A stretch of DNA of 64,000 nucleotides, taken from the NCBI RefSeq assembly GCF_001194135.2, contig NC_068985.1, positions 99,827,093 through 99,891,092 on the forward strand, in the 5' to 3' direction. Position numbers and translations under genes: made by a program. Below are positions 39,195 through 51,770 of this stretch, in pieces (positions within the stretch are counted from its first letter, which is position 1; the number at the start of each line of letters is the position of its first letter). This stretch comes from Octopus bimaculoides. Its lineage: Eukaryota. Under the pieces are notes generated by a model. The model searched no databases. It saw nothing but the letters and a program-made list of their open reading frames with translations, and had not been told where the DNA came from.

Positions 39195-41789
39195 GTAAAC
39201 TATGACGTGATGGTTCATGAAATCATTTCTATAAACTGGAAAATATTGTCTCACATTATATAAATCTATCAAACGTGAATCGAAATATTTCATAAAGCAT
39301 TACTAATATACTATTACTAAGAAATGTAATTTAGGAAGCTTGAAAATACGTCAAGTATGAAATGGAAATAAAATTGCCCTTAAGGATATATAAACGTGCG
39401 GCAGCTGCGATGTAGGATATAAAAGAAAACAAAAAAAAAATCCTTTGCCTAAAACAAATGACATGGTGTAATTTCATCGATGACCTTACAAGAAATATTC
39501 CAATACGGGATGCACAAATGTTTAGCTATAAAATTATGAGACATTGTGGGAATGATTATAATATAAAATAATATGGTTATGTTAACAATGAAGTCTCAAT
39601 TAGATTTCTCTACTGTCATTCTATCATTCACATGACGAACGATATTTATAGTCCAACAGAGAACCATCGCATAATTCTCTGTAAAAATATTGGTTGTTTG
39701 GACACAATGTGATAATTCTTGAGATAGTGCATATCACTAATGTTATCAGGATTTTTGTGATTGTTTTCTGAGCTTATAAAACTAAAGTTTATTAAGGGGT
39801 TAAAAGTGAGAAATTGAAGCGTAGGTTGATGATGTATTCTCTTCGTATTCACCATCATATCGCGTCTATATTATCAATAATTGTAAGATATAGAGTGTTC
39901 CAAAGTGCAGAGAAATATTTGCTAATCAATACGATTGCGCAGGGTCGATAGAAATATGTGTTGGCAATGTTAATCGCGGCAACAGAATTCTGTTATCGGA
40001 ATTTCTGATAATTAATACCTAGACGAATAACGTCGACTCTCATCGGTGTTATTGATAAAAAATATCAGTCTCCATGCTGTACAGTGTACATTTAAGGCTA
40101 AGTCTATATTTAATGACATAGATAAATGAATGATTTTAAATTCCCATTAAACATATAAAACATACCTTTCCTGAGCCAAACACGTTGTAAATGCCCGATA
40201 AATGTTCCATGATTGCGTGATGTTATTAATATAAGGTGTCCACCGTCACTGATTAAACGATAACGAGGATTTCAAATATGGACAGATATATATTATATAT
40301 ACATAGATGTTTATTTCATAACTTTTACCGATTCCTATCACATTTATAGTTGTATAACTTTTGCCAATTTCTGTGACATTTATAGGTTAACTGCAGTAAA
40401 TTTAGTACATCAGTATAAAAAGAGGTATTTTGAATTTTATCGATGGTTTAAATGTAGCATCATGTAATTCGCCATAGATTTTAATTCTTCACCCACTGCT
40501 AATCAACCGGTCGACTGATGCGGTTCATGTACATCTGAAATGGATTGCAAAAAATTAAATTCTTAGGGTTTTTGAACACCAGGAGAAATCTAATTGTGGT
40601 ATAAAATAAGTGGGTGCTAACATGTCTTGTTATTCCAAGAAAGAAATATCATATATATTTCTAAAAATGTAAATTTACATTTCATAAGGATTCTAGTCAC
40701 AAATTAACCTATTTGATTAAGACCTGTTAAAACCAGGAAACGTTTTGGCAAGTTAATTATATCTTTAACTTTTTTGAGAGGTAACTGCAGCTCATGATAA
40801 AAATACTTCCAACATATTACACCACGGGCTTTCTCCTAACGTTTAATCAAACTTAATCATTGCAGAATAATACTGGATGCTTCAGGATCAGTTCACGTAT
40901 CATATGCTCAACAAAAGCACATTTATCATTGCGCACTAGTTACGATATATCTTTAAGTATTCTGGCTCCATGTACAAAATTGAAATAAAAATGGCTTGAG
41001 TTTGATGATTCCAACAATTACATTTATAATGTTTAACAATTTGATGATACTGAGTAGTGCAGTCTAATTAATATGACATTCCCATCTAGTTTGCAAATAC
41101 AACATTGCGTTGTTGTCAGGTACGTTTTCAGACGATGGAAGTGAATAATATGAAAGATGTACCTGAAAAACAAGAATACATCATGAAGCAGAAAGTATAT
41201 GTCAAGTGTGAATGTAATATACTATTGTTACATCATTTCTGTATCTTGAAGCAATTACAACAGGTTTTCTTTAAATAGAACAATACAACGATTTCCGGAT
41301 GGTTCAAATTAGATTTTCCAAACAATTCTGTATAGTAATTTTTATAACTACCCTTCGTAATTTGGGGAATATTATGTATCAGCAGTGGGACAATCATAGG
41401 TGTTTGGTCAAAGAATTGTTGACTACTTTCAACTTTTTATATACGAGGTAGTAATTATGTCAGACCTGTAAGTGAACGGCAGATTCAAAGTCATAACGAT
41501 TTCACATCAGGATTTTAATGAAACTTAGTTAAGTACCCAAATAATGTTTCATTGCTACTCTTCCCGTTGTCGAAATGTATGTGCCTTGAATTTCAGACGT
41601 TGAATTTATAATGGCTAAAAGCCACAATTTATAACTCAGAAATATTTACAATTGTCTAACAAATGAAAAATAATTTAAAACACAATTTTTGAACTGTTGA
41701 AAATTAAAGAACAAGTAAATGGTTTCCTACATTATAATATTGTGTTTTTATGTTTAAACTTGATTCAACGTAATATTTATCTGCTTGTA

Positions 41790-41828
<39 letters not shown>

Positions 41829-41836
41829 GTGTGTGT

Positions 41837-41867
<31 letters not shown>

Positions 41868-43884
41868 CCTGTGGGGGTGTATGTATGTGTGCGCGTGTGT
41901 GCAGTCGTGCTGCGTGCGTATGGGAAGACGTAAAGTATGATAACGAATTCTCTTCAAAAGGTTGCTGGAAGAAGGATCAGTGTTTCCATGTGTTAGCATC
42001 CATGGCAAAACTGAATTTATTTGAGAATTTATTGGTTTGCACATTAATACAATTACTCTGCTTTTTCATATAAATTTTTGAACACCTTTGATTCATTTAC
42101 ACATCATATCTTTCTCAGCCTGCCAACAAAAATGAACATTTTGAAGAAACATAAATATAAAGGTGGAATAAAATAATACAAAAATACATATTCGTCAGTG
42201 AAATAAGAATATAATATGTATACCTGTCACCAAAGATGATTTATTAGTGCAAACCACGAAATCATGAAATTTCAAAATGCACAGTGGCGGTTTGACGGTT
42301 AAATTTATTAAATACTATCAAACAATACTGATGAATGAGTTTGGGAAATCATATGGGCGTTAAAAGATTTCTTCTGCATGGCTGTTGCCACAAATAATGA
42401 TTATCAACTTGAATACGTTTCGTATTGTCAATGTTTAAAATGTATTCTTAGAATTCTCCTTTTAACAACGTCGCCGATATGAATCAGTGGAAGGAACAAA
42501 TCTTTGCCATCGATTTACTGCACATGGTTCTTGGTTGGTAACATCTATGAGCAAAAGCTTTCTCCCTATATTCCGTATTTTTAATTATCGGTTATCAAAA
42601 AACATACTTTACAATTCAAACTTAGATGTCATCATATATATAACTGAAATTGTTTGGTCTGAGATAGCATGTATTTTGATCATGATGTCTTTGATTTAAA
42701 CGTAATATAGGTACTACTTTTATTAAGTCTGGTGATGAGCTTTAATTAGTAGTATAATAAATTAAATTAGGTGATTGGAATATTAATTGACAATTTTAAA
42801 GCTGCCACGAATGATCTTACTTTCGAAGATATTCTTTTCTGTATCAAATTGTGTAGCATTTGGGAGCTTATGACACCATCCACCCGGGCGGGAAGAGGAC
42901 AGTACAATCTTCAACGATTCAGACAAAAGGTTTAGAGCCATTTTTTTCGCCCGGCTACTTTAATTTCTAGGTCAAAATCCTGCCATAATTGCCAATATAT
43001 ATAAGTAATGCCGTGCTATCTGGGACTCCACAACATGAATCTTAAAAGTCATAGACAATGATCGCCCACATTCTGAACTAGAGAAGAACAAGTGCAGTTT
43101 GAAGGTTCGTGCGTATCAATGAACAGGTTCAGAAGGCTGTTATTAATATTGCATCGTTACCAACTAATAAGACATAAGACATTATCATTGAGACGTAAAA
43201 CATATTGTTGTGTTCGTCACTCATTTCCAGCTTGTAGGAGAGTTTGCACACATGTACCCATATTTTGTTCGCAGCTATCACATCTCTTTCATTTTGCACA
43301 CATTTGAAATTGAAGACTACGATACTGCTGATGTTGTTCTATATATCTATTAGCTACTCAGGGAAATACGTCTTCCACATATCCCAACTTAAATCTTAGG
43401 AAAGTTGGGAAAACCACATATAAAATGGAGAATTTCTTGAACACAAATATGTCGAAACTTTCTGAAACGAAAGATGGTATGTTTATTACTAGTGAACAAA
43501 CTAGGCATATTATCTTGAGAAAGAAATTCGCTGAAGCTTTGGGATTATCGAATGACGAAAGCTACAACAGCAGCAGTGAAAGAATTCACACAGCCAAATT
43601 TGGCTACATCGCAAAATTGAATGCATTTTTTCCCAAGGTTAGCTCAATCATAATGTATATCGGAATACATACGCAGTATTACTAGTTCCTGATGTGGGAA
43701 CAAGGTCAGCTGTTTCGATGGATGTAGCTGATACTATCGACATGTTACAGGAAAATACATTTTATCTTATTGAACCTAAGAAAATTAAACGTAAAGTTAA
43801 CATTGTCAGATTTTCAACACTGAACACAAAATTGTTGAAACAAATCGGCAAGAAATTTTGCCCTACTAATTCAGCATAGGCATA

Positions 43885-44040
43885 AGACATGAAATTCTGG
43901 AGAATTGATTTTGTTGAATGTATCGACCCCAGTGCTCACCTGATACTTGTATTATCGATCCCGGTATGATGAAGGTCTAAGTCGACCGCAGTGGTATTTG
44001 TGGAATAGCCATACCGCTAAAATATTTTCTGCCAAATTAG
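43885..44040 (-). mobile_element. Degenerate SINE family B
   Basis: tatcgaccccagtgctcacctgatactt...ttatcgatccc...gtcgaccgcag...taccgctaa. Confidence 0.55.
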
Positions 44041-44093
44041 CGCTTTTTATTATTATTATGATTTTCCCTACATATTCTCCGCCAAATTACCCC

Positions 44094-44149
<56 letters not shown>

Positions 44150-44155
<6 letters not shown>

Positions 44156-44225
44156 TGTTGTTAGACCTGGTGTTTTTGTTGTGTATTTGCCTGAATATTT
44201 TTTATCATACATAACGCACTCACTA
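44150..44225 (-). mobile_element. Short internal R4/Dong fragment between TAA arrays
   Basis: KKYSGKYTTKTPGLTTIYN is homologous to KKYSDKYITKTLGLTNIYN at 45655-45710. Confidence 0.7.
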
Positions 44226-45167
44226 TGATTGTAATAATAATAATAATGATAATAGTGATGATAATAATAATAATAACAATAACAGAATAATAGAAGTCGG
44301 TGAGCTGGCAGAATCGTTAGCACGCCCGGCTGAAATACTTAGCCGTAGAATTTACAACGAATAAAGGAAGTCGAAGAAACTTAAGTGCAAAAAGATATAA
44401 AGTGTTCAAAAAGTCTCACCGCAGTAATTTTTTTTCACTGCTCAAATATTGTCTATCCATTTGTAGGCCAACTCACTGAAGGTGAAATTGATCATGAATA
44501 GCCATTCTACACGTCTCCTAACGTTTTTTAAAGTCTTATAAAGTCTAATATATCCGTTATTTAGTTTCATACCATCTTATAAATATTTATTTTGCAATAA
44601 AATACATACTGCGGAGAGACCCTCTGAACACCCTATATAATATTCTCAAGGAATTAAAAATCTAGGCTAGTGAATACGTGCTGGATGAGACCTTTTTCCA
44701 GTGTTACTAGTTGCAATGGTTTATGAGATTTATAATATCCTAATGATACAATCCAATAAGTACATATCAAATGGGATTATACAAATGTGGTTAAAATAGG
44801 ACAAACAGAGAAAAAATGAAAAATAACTTGAACGTAAATTTGCATGAGATTAGCAACCAAAATCTATTACAAAAATGGAAACGTCTAGCATACATAATTC
44901 CAGGAAATGTATACCAACACGTCTAATGCGTTATGAAAAGGAAGGCTGTCGAGAAAAAATTCGAAGTAAACTAAAAGCCACTATATGATCGGCAATATCT
45001 TTTGGGGTATTTACTGGAAGAGATTGACAAAACTTTTGTATCACGTCTACTGCTTACAGTAAAATGTACGATGCACGGGTATTCGAAGTATTCACGATCC
45101 CAAAATATTTCGGGTGTCTTTTAGAAATTCAATGCGGCATTGGCGAGTAATATTAAGATAAGGAAGG

Positions 45168-45310
45168 ACATTATTTACATTTGACGAATATTTGTCCTCA
45201 TCTTGTTTGTTGTTAACACAACGTTTCGGCTGATATACTGTACAGCCTTAATTAGGTGTCTTGGGGGAATTTCGAACCTGTGTACTCATTCCTAAGGTAC
45301 TTTTCGATGT
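45168..45310 (-). mobile_element. Penelope-type unit with degenerate hammerhead (45215-45260), left arm of the palindrome
   Basis: Reverse complement reads gacac-CTAATTA-a-ggctg-tacagtatat-cagcc-GAAAC-gtt-gtgtt. Confidence 0.75.
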
Positions 45311-45360
45311 CATTATTATTATTATTTTCTTCTACTTCTTCTTCTTCTTCTTATTATTAT

Positions 45361-45499
45361 TCAGGTCACTGCTTGGAATTGAACTCGGAATCTTGGAGTT
45401 AGTAAACCGCGCTCTTAACCATTACGCTATATGCCTGTGGGTTAAGAGCGTAGACTACTAACCCCAAGATTCCGAGTTCTATTCCAGGCAGTGACCTGA
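45361..45499. mobile_element. Head-to-head inverted pair of family D tRNA-like heads
   Basis: Arms 45361-45420 and 45439-45499 are near reverse complements. B-box-like GAGTTC(A/T)ATTCC in each. Confidence 0.85.
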
Positions 45500-45531
45500 A
45501 TAACAACAACAACAACAACAGCAACAACAGC

Positions 45532-45562
<31 letters not shown>

Positions 45563-45566
<4 letters not shown>

Positions 45567-45872
45567 TACAAAGACCTGGAAATAGAGATAACTCGAATGT
45601 GGAATCTAAAAACAGAAACAATTCCTATCATAGTAGGTGCCTTAAGTATAATAAAAAAATATTCAGACAAATACATAACAAAAACACTAGGACTTACAAA
45701 TATATATAACATACAGAAAATTGCACTACTGGGTACTGCACACATTCTACGCAAAACACTTTCAATACAGTAAACATAAGAGCACTACAGCAAACCACAG
45801 CACATACCTAAGGCGCACAGAGCTGCGCTCGGTAGTGAAGTGAAAGCACGTTATAAAAATAAAACTACTGAA
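45563..45872 (+). mobile_element. R4/Dong-clade LINE 3' fragment embedded in (AAT)n
   Basis: KYKDLEIEITRMWNLKTETIPIIVGALSIIKKYSDKYITKTLGLTNIYNIQKIALLGTAHILRKTLSIQ* plus 3' UTR. Confidence 0.85.
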
Positions 45873-45873
45873 C

Positions 45874-45910
<37 letters not shown>

Positions 45911-45928
45911 GTAATAATAATAATAATA

Positions 45929-46070
45929 ACATCGAAAAATACCTTAGAAATGAGAACTCAGGTTCGAAATTCCTCCAAAGCACCAGATAATGACTGGAGG
46001 GCATATCAGCCGAAACGAGATAAGGACAAATATCCGTCAAATGTAAATAATGTGCATAATTTCTCATCTC
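45929..46070 (+). mobile_element. Penelope-type unit with degenerate hammerhead (45980-46017), right arm of the palindrome
   Basis: acatcgaaaaataccttag...gcac-CAGATAA-t-gactg-gagggcatat-cagcc-GAAACG...ggacaaatatccgtcaaatgtaaataatgt. Confidence 0.7.
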
Positions 46071-46134
46071 TTTGTCCCTTTGTCCTTAATCCCTTGTCCT
46101 TAATCCGTTTGTCCTACATTATTTATAGACTTAC

Positions 46135-46980
46135 GTATAAGGAGAAAGGTAATTTCGGAGAGACAACTTCTCTCCCATATTTTTGGAATCGAAGTAACCC
46201 ATTTGTCAATTACACTAAGCAGAGCTAAGGAAAAGATGGGAGAGAGAAAAGGAAACGTAAATTATCTAGTTATGCATGATTTAAAGCTTCATGGAAAGAA
46301 ACGAAACTGTTGGGTTTCTTTATGAAACTGTTGGGTTTCTTTATGAAACTGTTGGGTTTCTTGTAAGCATATTTAGTAGAAATATTTAGATGCTATTCAG
46401 AATGAATAAATGCGTTATGAAAGCGATGCAGTGGGGAAAATCCATAAAAAATTACTGGAAAATATCTGAAGATGATATAGCTTTGCATGGAACATAAACA
46501 TATACATATATGAATTTGAGAATATTGTTAAGCAATAAAATCAGCAACACAGAAATGAAGGAATACCCCATTAAAGAAGATTTTCGTGGAATGAATATTG
46601 TGAATTCGAAAATTAATGCGGAGAACAGCAAAGAGGCAATCAGCATGATGTAAGTAGCATCAATAATGCTTGAATTAGGAATTATTAAATGAAGGAAGAA
46701 CAAACTGAAAAATCTTTGGGAAACCGAGGAAGGTAGTCAGAAAGTTCAGAATGGTACATCCCAAAAATATGCCGACCGGTTATGCTAGAAAATCACGGGG
46801 AAAATTTGGTTTAATAAAGTTAAAAGAGGCTGCAGTAGATATGTTCGGGTTGCTATTCTTAAGAGAAGGAATATTGTCTCTTAAAGGAAGCAATAGCTAC
46901 GAGACTTTAAGGAACAGTTAGAGTATAGAGGAAGAAAAACTAAATAGAATCACAAGAAGAGCCGGGCCTGAGGTGAGGAA
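46135..46980 (+). pseudogene. Heavily decayed R4/Dong-type reverse transcriptase region
   Basis: Remnants resembling RGIFQGDSLSP (gaaaggtaatttcggagagacaacttctctccc) and YMDDLKL (gttatgcatgatttaaagcttcatgg). Contains a 21-bp x3 tandem at 46303-46362. Confidence 0.5.
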
Positions 46981-47458
46981 ATAAAACATTAAAAGGAATT
47001 GCGGCGGCTACCATCACTACAACCATCTGCATATATTTTCATCTAGTATTTCTAGCTTGTACCTAATAAATGTTATCCTGTTAGTGTCAACACAGAATAT
47101 AAATTGAGGCTTTATAATATTCTAAGTTATGAAACGTATCCGTTCATACCATGTTATTCCTATAAAACCAAATTTTCATTTTTCGATTTTTTATAGGGTT
47201 TAAAAGAGAAAGTTTGGCTTAATGTTCTTTATTTCTATATATATTTGAAATGTTCAATTTTTAATTCAAGTTCGTGTGACATTCAACTGAGATGCATTCG
47301 TCATATGCGCACTTATTCGTGCCAGCACGCAGTATGTTATCTTCCACCAAGAGCTGGAAAATTAAAGATTCATGACAGTTTTAAGTGAATTGGCAATTTT
47401 ATATACAGCTAGTTTAGTTTATTTTTTTAAACTTCCATTTTGCCTATCTTCCTTCCAG

Positions 47459-47517
47459 CTGAAATATTACTCGACGTCGTTCATATCATTCCGAAGGATT
47501 TGACATATCTTTTGCAG
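47459..47517 (+). CDS. Putative coding exon 6 with GC donor
   Basis: Strong acceptor ttgcctatcttccttccAG|, (A)EILLDVVHIIPKDLTYLLQ, donor CAG|GCGAGT. Phase 1 in, phase 0 out. Confidence 0.5.
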
Positions 47518-48063
47518 GCGAGTATGGCTTCGAAAATATTAGCGTTAAGCCGTTTTTAGTTTTATATAGGATTTCTGCATCTCTTTCGACGCCATTGCAT
47601 GAATAGGTCATTCAGAGCTGCTGACAGGATATCTTTATTAGTTACATCGACTCATTAATGCCCCCACATTTAAAGATTTTCCCCAAAAAAGCGTGGTGAT
47701 TCTGTTGACGTTTATGTAGCCAAAATGTCCCAACATTACTTAAATCATTCTGGTAATAGTAACTGACATATCTCCAAGCAGATTCAAATTATATTTATCC
47801 TCATCCCTTGACACATGTAGGCTAGCATATAATTTCTACTTCTCTTACTCACAAATATATGTATCCGTGAAAGATATGATAAAATATGCAAAGCTCCTAA
47901 TAAAAAAAATGTGTATTGTTTAAACGAGGGCATAGGTCTTTCCCGATATATGTTTTTTTAAAAATCAATTACTGTAATTTTCGTAAAGAACAAGTCTTCC
48001 TTTCAAAATATTGTAGCAATTGACAGATATCAAACCATTGGCATTAAAGTACTACTGTAATGT

Positions 48064-48447
48064 GGAGGCGCAATGTCCGAGTGGTAAACGCAGCGGACTC
48101 ACGGTCGCAGGATTGCGGTTTCGATTCCCAGACCGGGCGTTGTGAGTGTTTATTGAGCGAAAACACCTAAAGCTCCACGAGGCTCCTGGAGGGAGTGTTG
48201 GCAAATCCTGCTGTACTCTTTCACTACAAATTTTTCTCACTCTTTCTTCCTGTTTCTGTTGTAACTGTATTTCAAAGGGTCGGCCTTATGACACTCTGTG
48301 TCACGCTGAATCTCTCCGAGAACTACGTTAAGGTTACACGTGTTTGTGGAGTGCTCAGCCACTTGCACGTTAATTTCACGAGCAGGTTGTTCTGTTGATC
48401 GGATCAAATGGACCCCGCGTCGTCGTAATCGACAGAGTTCTACGACG
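48064..48447 (+). mobile_element. SINE family C (tRNA-derived), full length
   Basis: Head ggcgcaatgtccgagtggtaaacgcagcggactc...ggtttcgattcccagacc. Near-TSD ACTAC(T/C)GTAAT at 48051-48061 and 48448-48458. Confidence 0.9.
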
Positions 48448-51171
48448 ACTACCGTAATTATAGATAAATTTTGGAATTACAGGTTTTGGGTATGTCTCCT
48501 ATGACTTCTTCGATTAAAGTTACCCTATTAAGTAATGCATTACTCTCTTTGCTAATGGCGTAATTATGATCGGCCTCTACTTTAACGTGAACAAGGGTTC
48601 ATGTGTCTCTTTCTCCACTCATTCTCGAAACATTTCATGATTATTCTTCTTTGCAAACTTATACCTAATTAAATCGCTCGTAATAGATATCATGTTTCTC
48701 ATCAGATAATCTATATTTTAAAAAATAATTTGTGAATAATTTCTTTGTTATATTTTAAAATAAAATAGTCTATACATTTAATACTAGCATTGGCATAGCT
48801 TTTATGATTGTCTGTGGTTATGGCTGGATATCGGTGTGTATGGGTTATTTATATTTCTATCACAATAATTATTTCACCATTCTTGACAGTTTTGTGAATT
48901 TTATATATTTATAATTACATATACTTTATTTTTGTTTCATATTCCTGATTCTATATTTCTACGTTATTTTGATGTTATAGCTCTTTATTTTAAGATGTTG
49001 ATCAGCTTATTTTTATTCTTATGTAGCTTTACTATTTTGTTTTGACATCTAATTCAGTTTTGTTAAATATTGTATCTATAATTATACTATAAGAACATTT
49101 TCTAAGATTGCTGTTAAGTGTTTATTACTCACCTCACCCTTGTCAGCACGATTTAAATCTTTGCATTATGGAAATAGCGAGGCCGAAGTGCAATTACTGT
49201 TTCAATCAGAGATATTTTTTGCACCAGGTCATACATGATGAGACAAACCGATAAATCATCATGTTAACATCTGGAGGGATGAGTGGTAACTAGGACTAGA
49301 ATTATCAAATATGAGCCTTTCCATATTAAGAAGAGCGAGTATTTGTTTAAGGAGTTACTCCTGGGCTCAAGTGTATAATGGTCCACTACATTCGACGGCT
49401 TCTCTTAGCATATAGTAATGCTTTCAAGCATTTACACACATAGACCATAAGAATATCGTTCACATCTCTTTTATGTTCAAGCGTTCAAACAAGTTTTTTT
49501 TCTGTCAGTATCAGTGTAGTTGCTCTTCAAACTAGAATCTGCTCTAGGTCATACAGCCATCGCATCTCATCGGTTTACTTAAGAAATACGCACATTTGCT
49601 GTACAACATTTGACTAGTTGCTCCCAACATCAACAATTACATTTGTTTTAGCAACGACGTCATACATGAGTGGCATAGATTTAAAAGAACGGATATATAT
49701 TTCCTTTTACAAAATATAGTTTTACTTCTATTTTTTTTCTAGGCTTTCCGATGTTTATATGTTTTTGCCAATGCAAAAACATATATGTCCTTCGCCATAT
49801 TCATTTATGTTTTATAACCTTGTAACTGTAACAAAGTCCAGCCATAAACGTTCAGGTTCCTGTAACACATAATTTATAAACACCGGATATCAGGTTTCTA
49901 CAGCACATATTGTGGGTAGATTTGATTGATATACCGAACCCGGCATATGAGGAGAAATATTCTCGTTAATCTTGCTATTGTTACATTTTACTTAGTTGTT
50001 GATATGTATCCTGTGTGTTTTTTTTCTTTATTTATTCAGAAATATTTTATTCAAGATTGTATTATTCTATGTGCCCTTCCTGATCTTGTAAAATGTGGAT
50101 GAGATGCGCAGGACATTTAGCTTCTCTGTTTCTTGTACATATCACTATGAGACTTAACTGACAGATTTTATGATTCATTACATTCCTCACAAGCCCTTCG
50201 ATGCACACAGGGTTTTTCTTTAATATCTCAGGTTGTGAGTTACGTGGATGTTGCTGCTATTTCGAATACATTAGTAGTCGTGCGGCTGCTGATTATTGCA
50301 TTTCAAGGCATAGTTCTGATTTTCAGTTGCAATGATTCGTAGAGCTGGTGACATAAAATGGCAGCTTGGTCCAGTAGCTTTTCTTCAATTCTACTCGAAC
50401 CATCCTTATAAAGAGCGAAATTCTATAATCAATTCACAATCTCAACATGACGTCATGCAAACTTTATAACTGAGCTAGCAAGAGCAATAACATTCTTTCC
50501 ATTTGAAATTATCTTGCAAATGGTGTATTTGATTCTCTAGTAGTACATAAATCATTTGAATATCGCTTCGTTGTATAATTAAGTACATTCTTTACTGGGT
50601 ACTCAAAACGAGAAGATAGCGGTGATATTCATGCATTATTCGATTTACTTTAGTATCACCTTTCTTGCGTTGCACCTACTAAATAAGCAGACGATTCTAA
50701 TGCATTGCAAATAATTTACTTCCAAAAGTGTGCACAACAAATACATAGTGGCTTTTACTGTGTATTAACTGCCATATAAAATTCCCAACAATGAATTATT
50801 AAAACGTCTCTATAAAATTATGCTTCTAATTATTTCATTCTTAATGATATTTCATTAAATATCTTCTTAAGGTTATCTCTACGGATCTCCTAGAGAAATT
50901 ATAGCCAGCGCTGAATTTGTAAGGGTGTTTCGTATCCGCGTCGCCTGGTGTAAACAAAAACAATGAGATTGAAAATGAAAAATGGGTAATGGGCATATAT
51001 GCCATATTTGGGGGCCGGGGTTTCGCTCATCCATCAGCACCCATCTCAAACATTAATCGCCCAAGGGTTCATTCCTTTAATAGTCAGTATATATGATAGT
51101 TTAACGTTATTAGATATAACAATTTTACATATTAAACGTATTCCTAGAACCTGGTATGTAAATATTCTTAA

Positions 51172-51597
51172 TGCAGGAGTGGCTGTGCGGTAAGTAGCTT
51201 GCTTACCAATCACATGGTTCTGGGTTCAGTCCCACTGCGTAGCAACTTGGGCAAGTGTCTTCTGCTATAGCCTCGGGCCGACCAAAGCCTTGTGAGTGGA
51301 TTTGGTAGACGGAAACTGAAAGAAGCCCGTCGTATATATGTATATATATATATATATGTATGTATATGCGTTTGTGTGTCTTCTGTGTTTGTCCCCCCAC
51401 CATCGCTTGACAACCGATGCTGGTGTGTTTACGTCCCCGTAACTTAGCGGTTCGGCAAAAGAGACCGATAGAATAAGTACTAGGCTTACAAAGAATAAGT
51501 CTTTGGGTCGATTTGGTCGACTAAAAGGCGGTGCTCCAGTATGGCCGCAGTCAAATGACTGAAACATGTAAAAGAGTAAAAGTGTAAAAAGAGTGTA
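51172..51597 (+). mobile_element. SINE family A, full length
   Basis: Collinear with 32899-33320. Confidence 0.9.
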
Positions 51598-51606
51598 AGG
51601 ACACTA

Positions 51607-51770
51607 TATTTTGTTATGCAACAATTATGCTGACTATAATTTCTATTGAAAATCTGTAGAGATAAGCTAAACTAGTGATGTAACAGCACTGCTAACACAG
51701 TAGAACATGTTCTTGAATTATAAAAGATTTTAATATACTTCGTAGAATATTATGGTTGCATAACAAAATA
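51607..51770. mobile_element. Possible small MITE
   Basis: Perfect 16-bp inverted termini TATTTTGTTATGCAAC / GTTGCATAACAAAATA (or 14 bp plus TA duplication). Confidence 0.45.

Noticed and set aside
45361-45499. Possible genuine tRNA genes (also the heads at 276, 32899, 48064, 51172)
   Set aside because: No convincing acceptor stem or cloverleaf, diverged multi-copy sequence, and each is fused to repeat bodies or microsatellite tails, so these are SINE heads.
46303-46362. Short direct repeats as a CRISPR-like array (also 34334-34404)
   Set aside because: Head-to-tail tandem units with no spacers, inside LINE fossils in a eukaryotic context.
47600-47800. Possible Tc1/mariner transposase traces (also 38030-38300 and 49980-50480)
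   Set aside because: Only isolated 4-5 residue motif resemblances, not enough to call.
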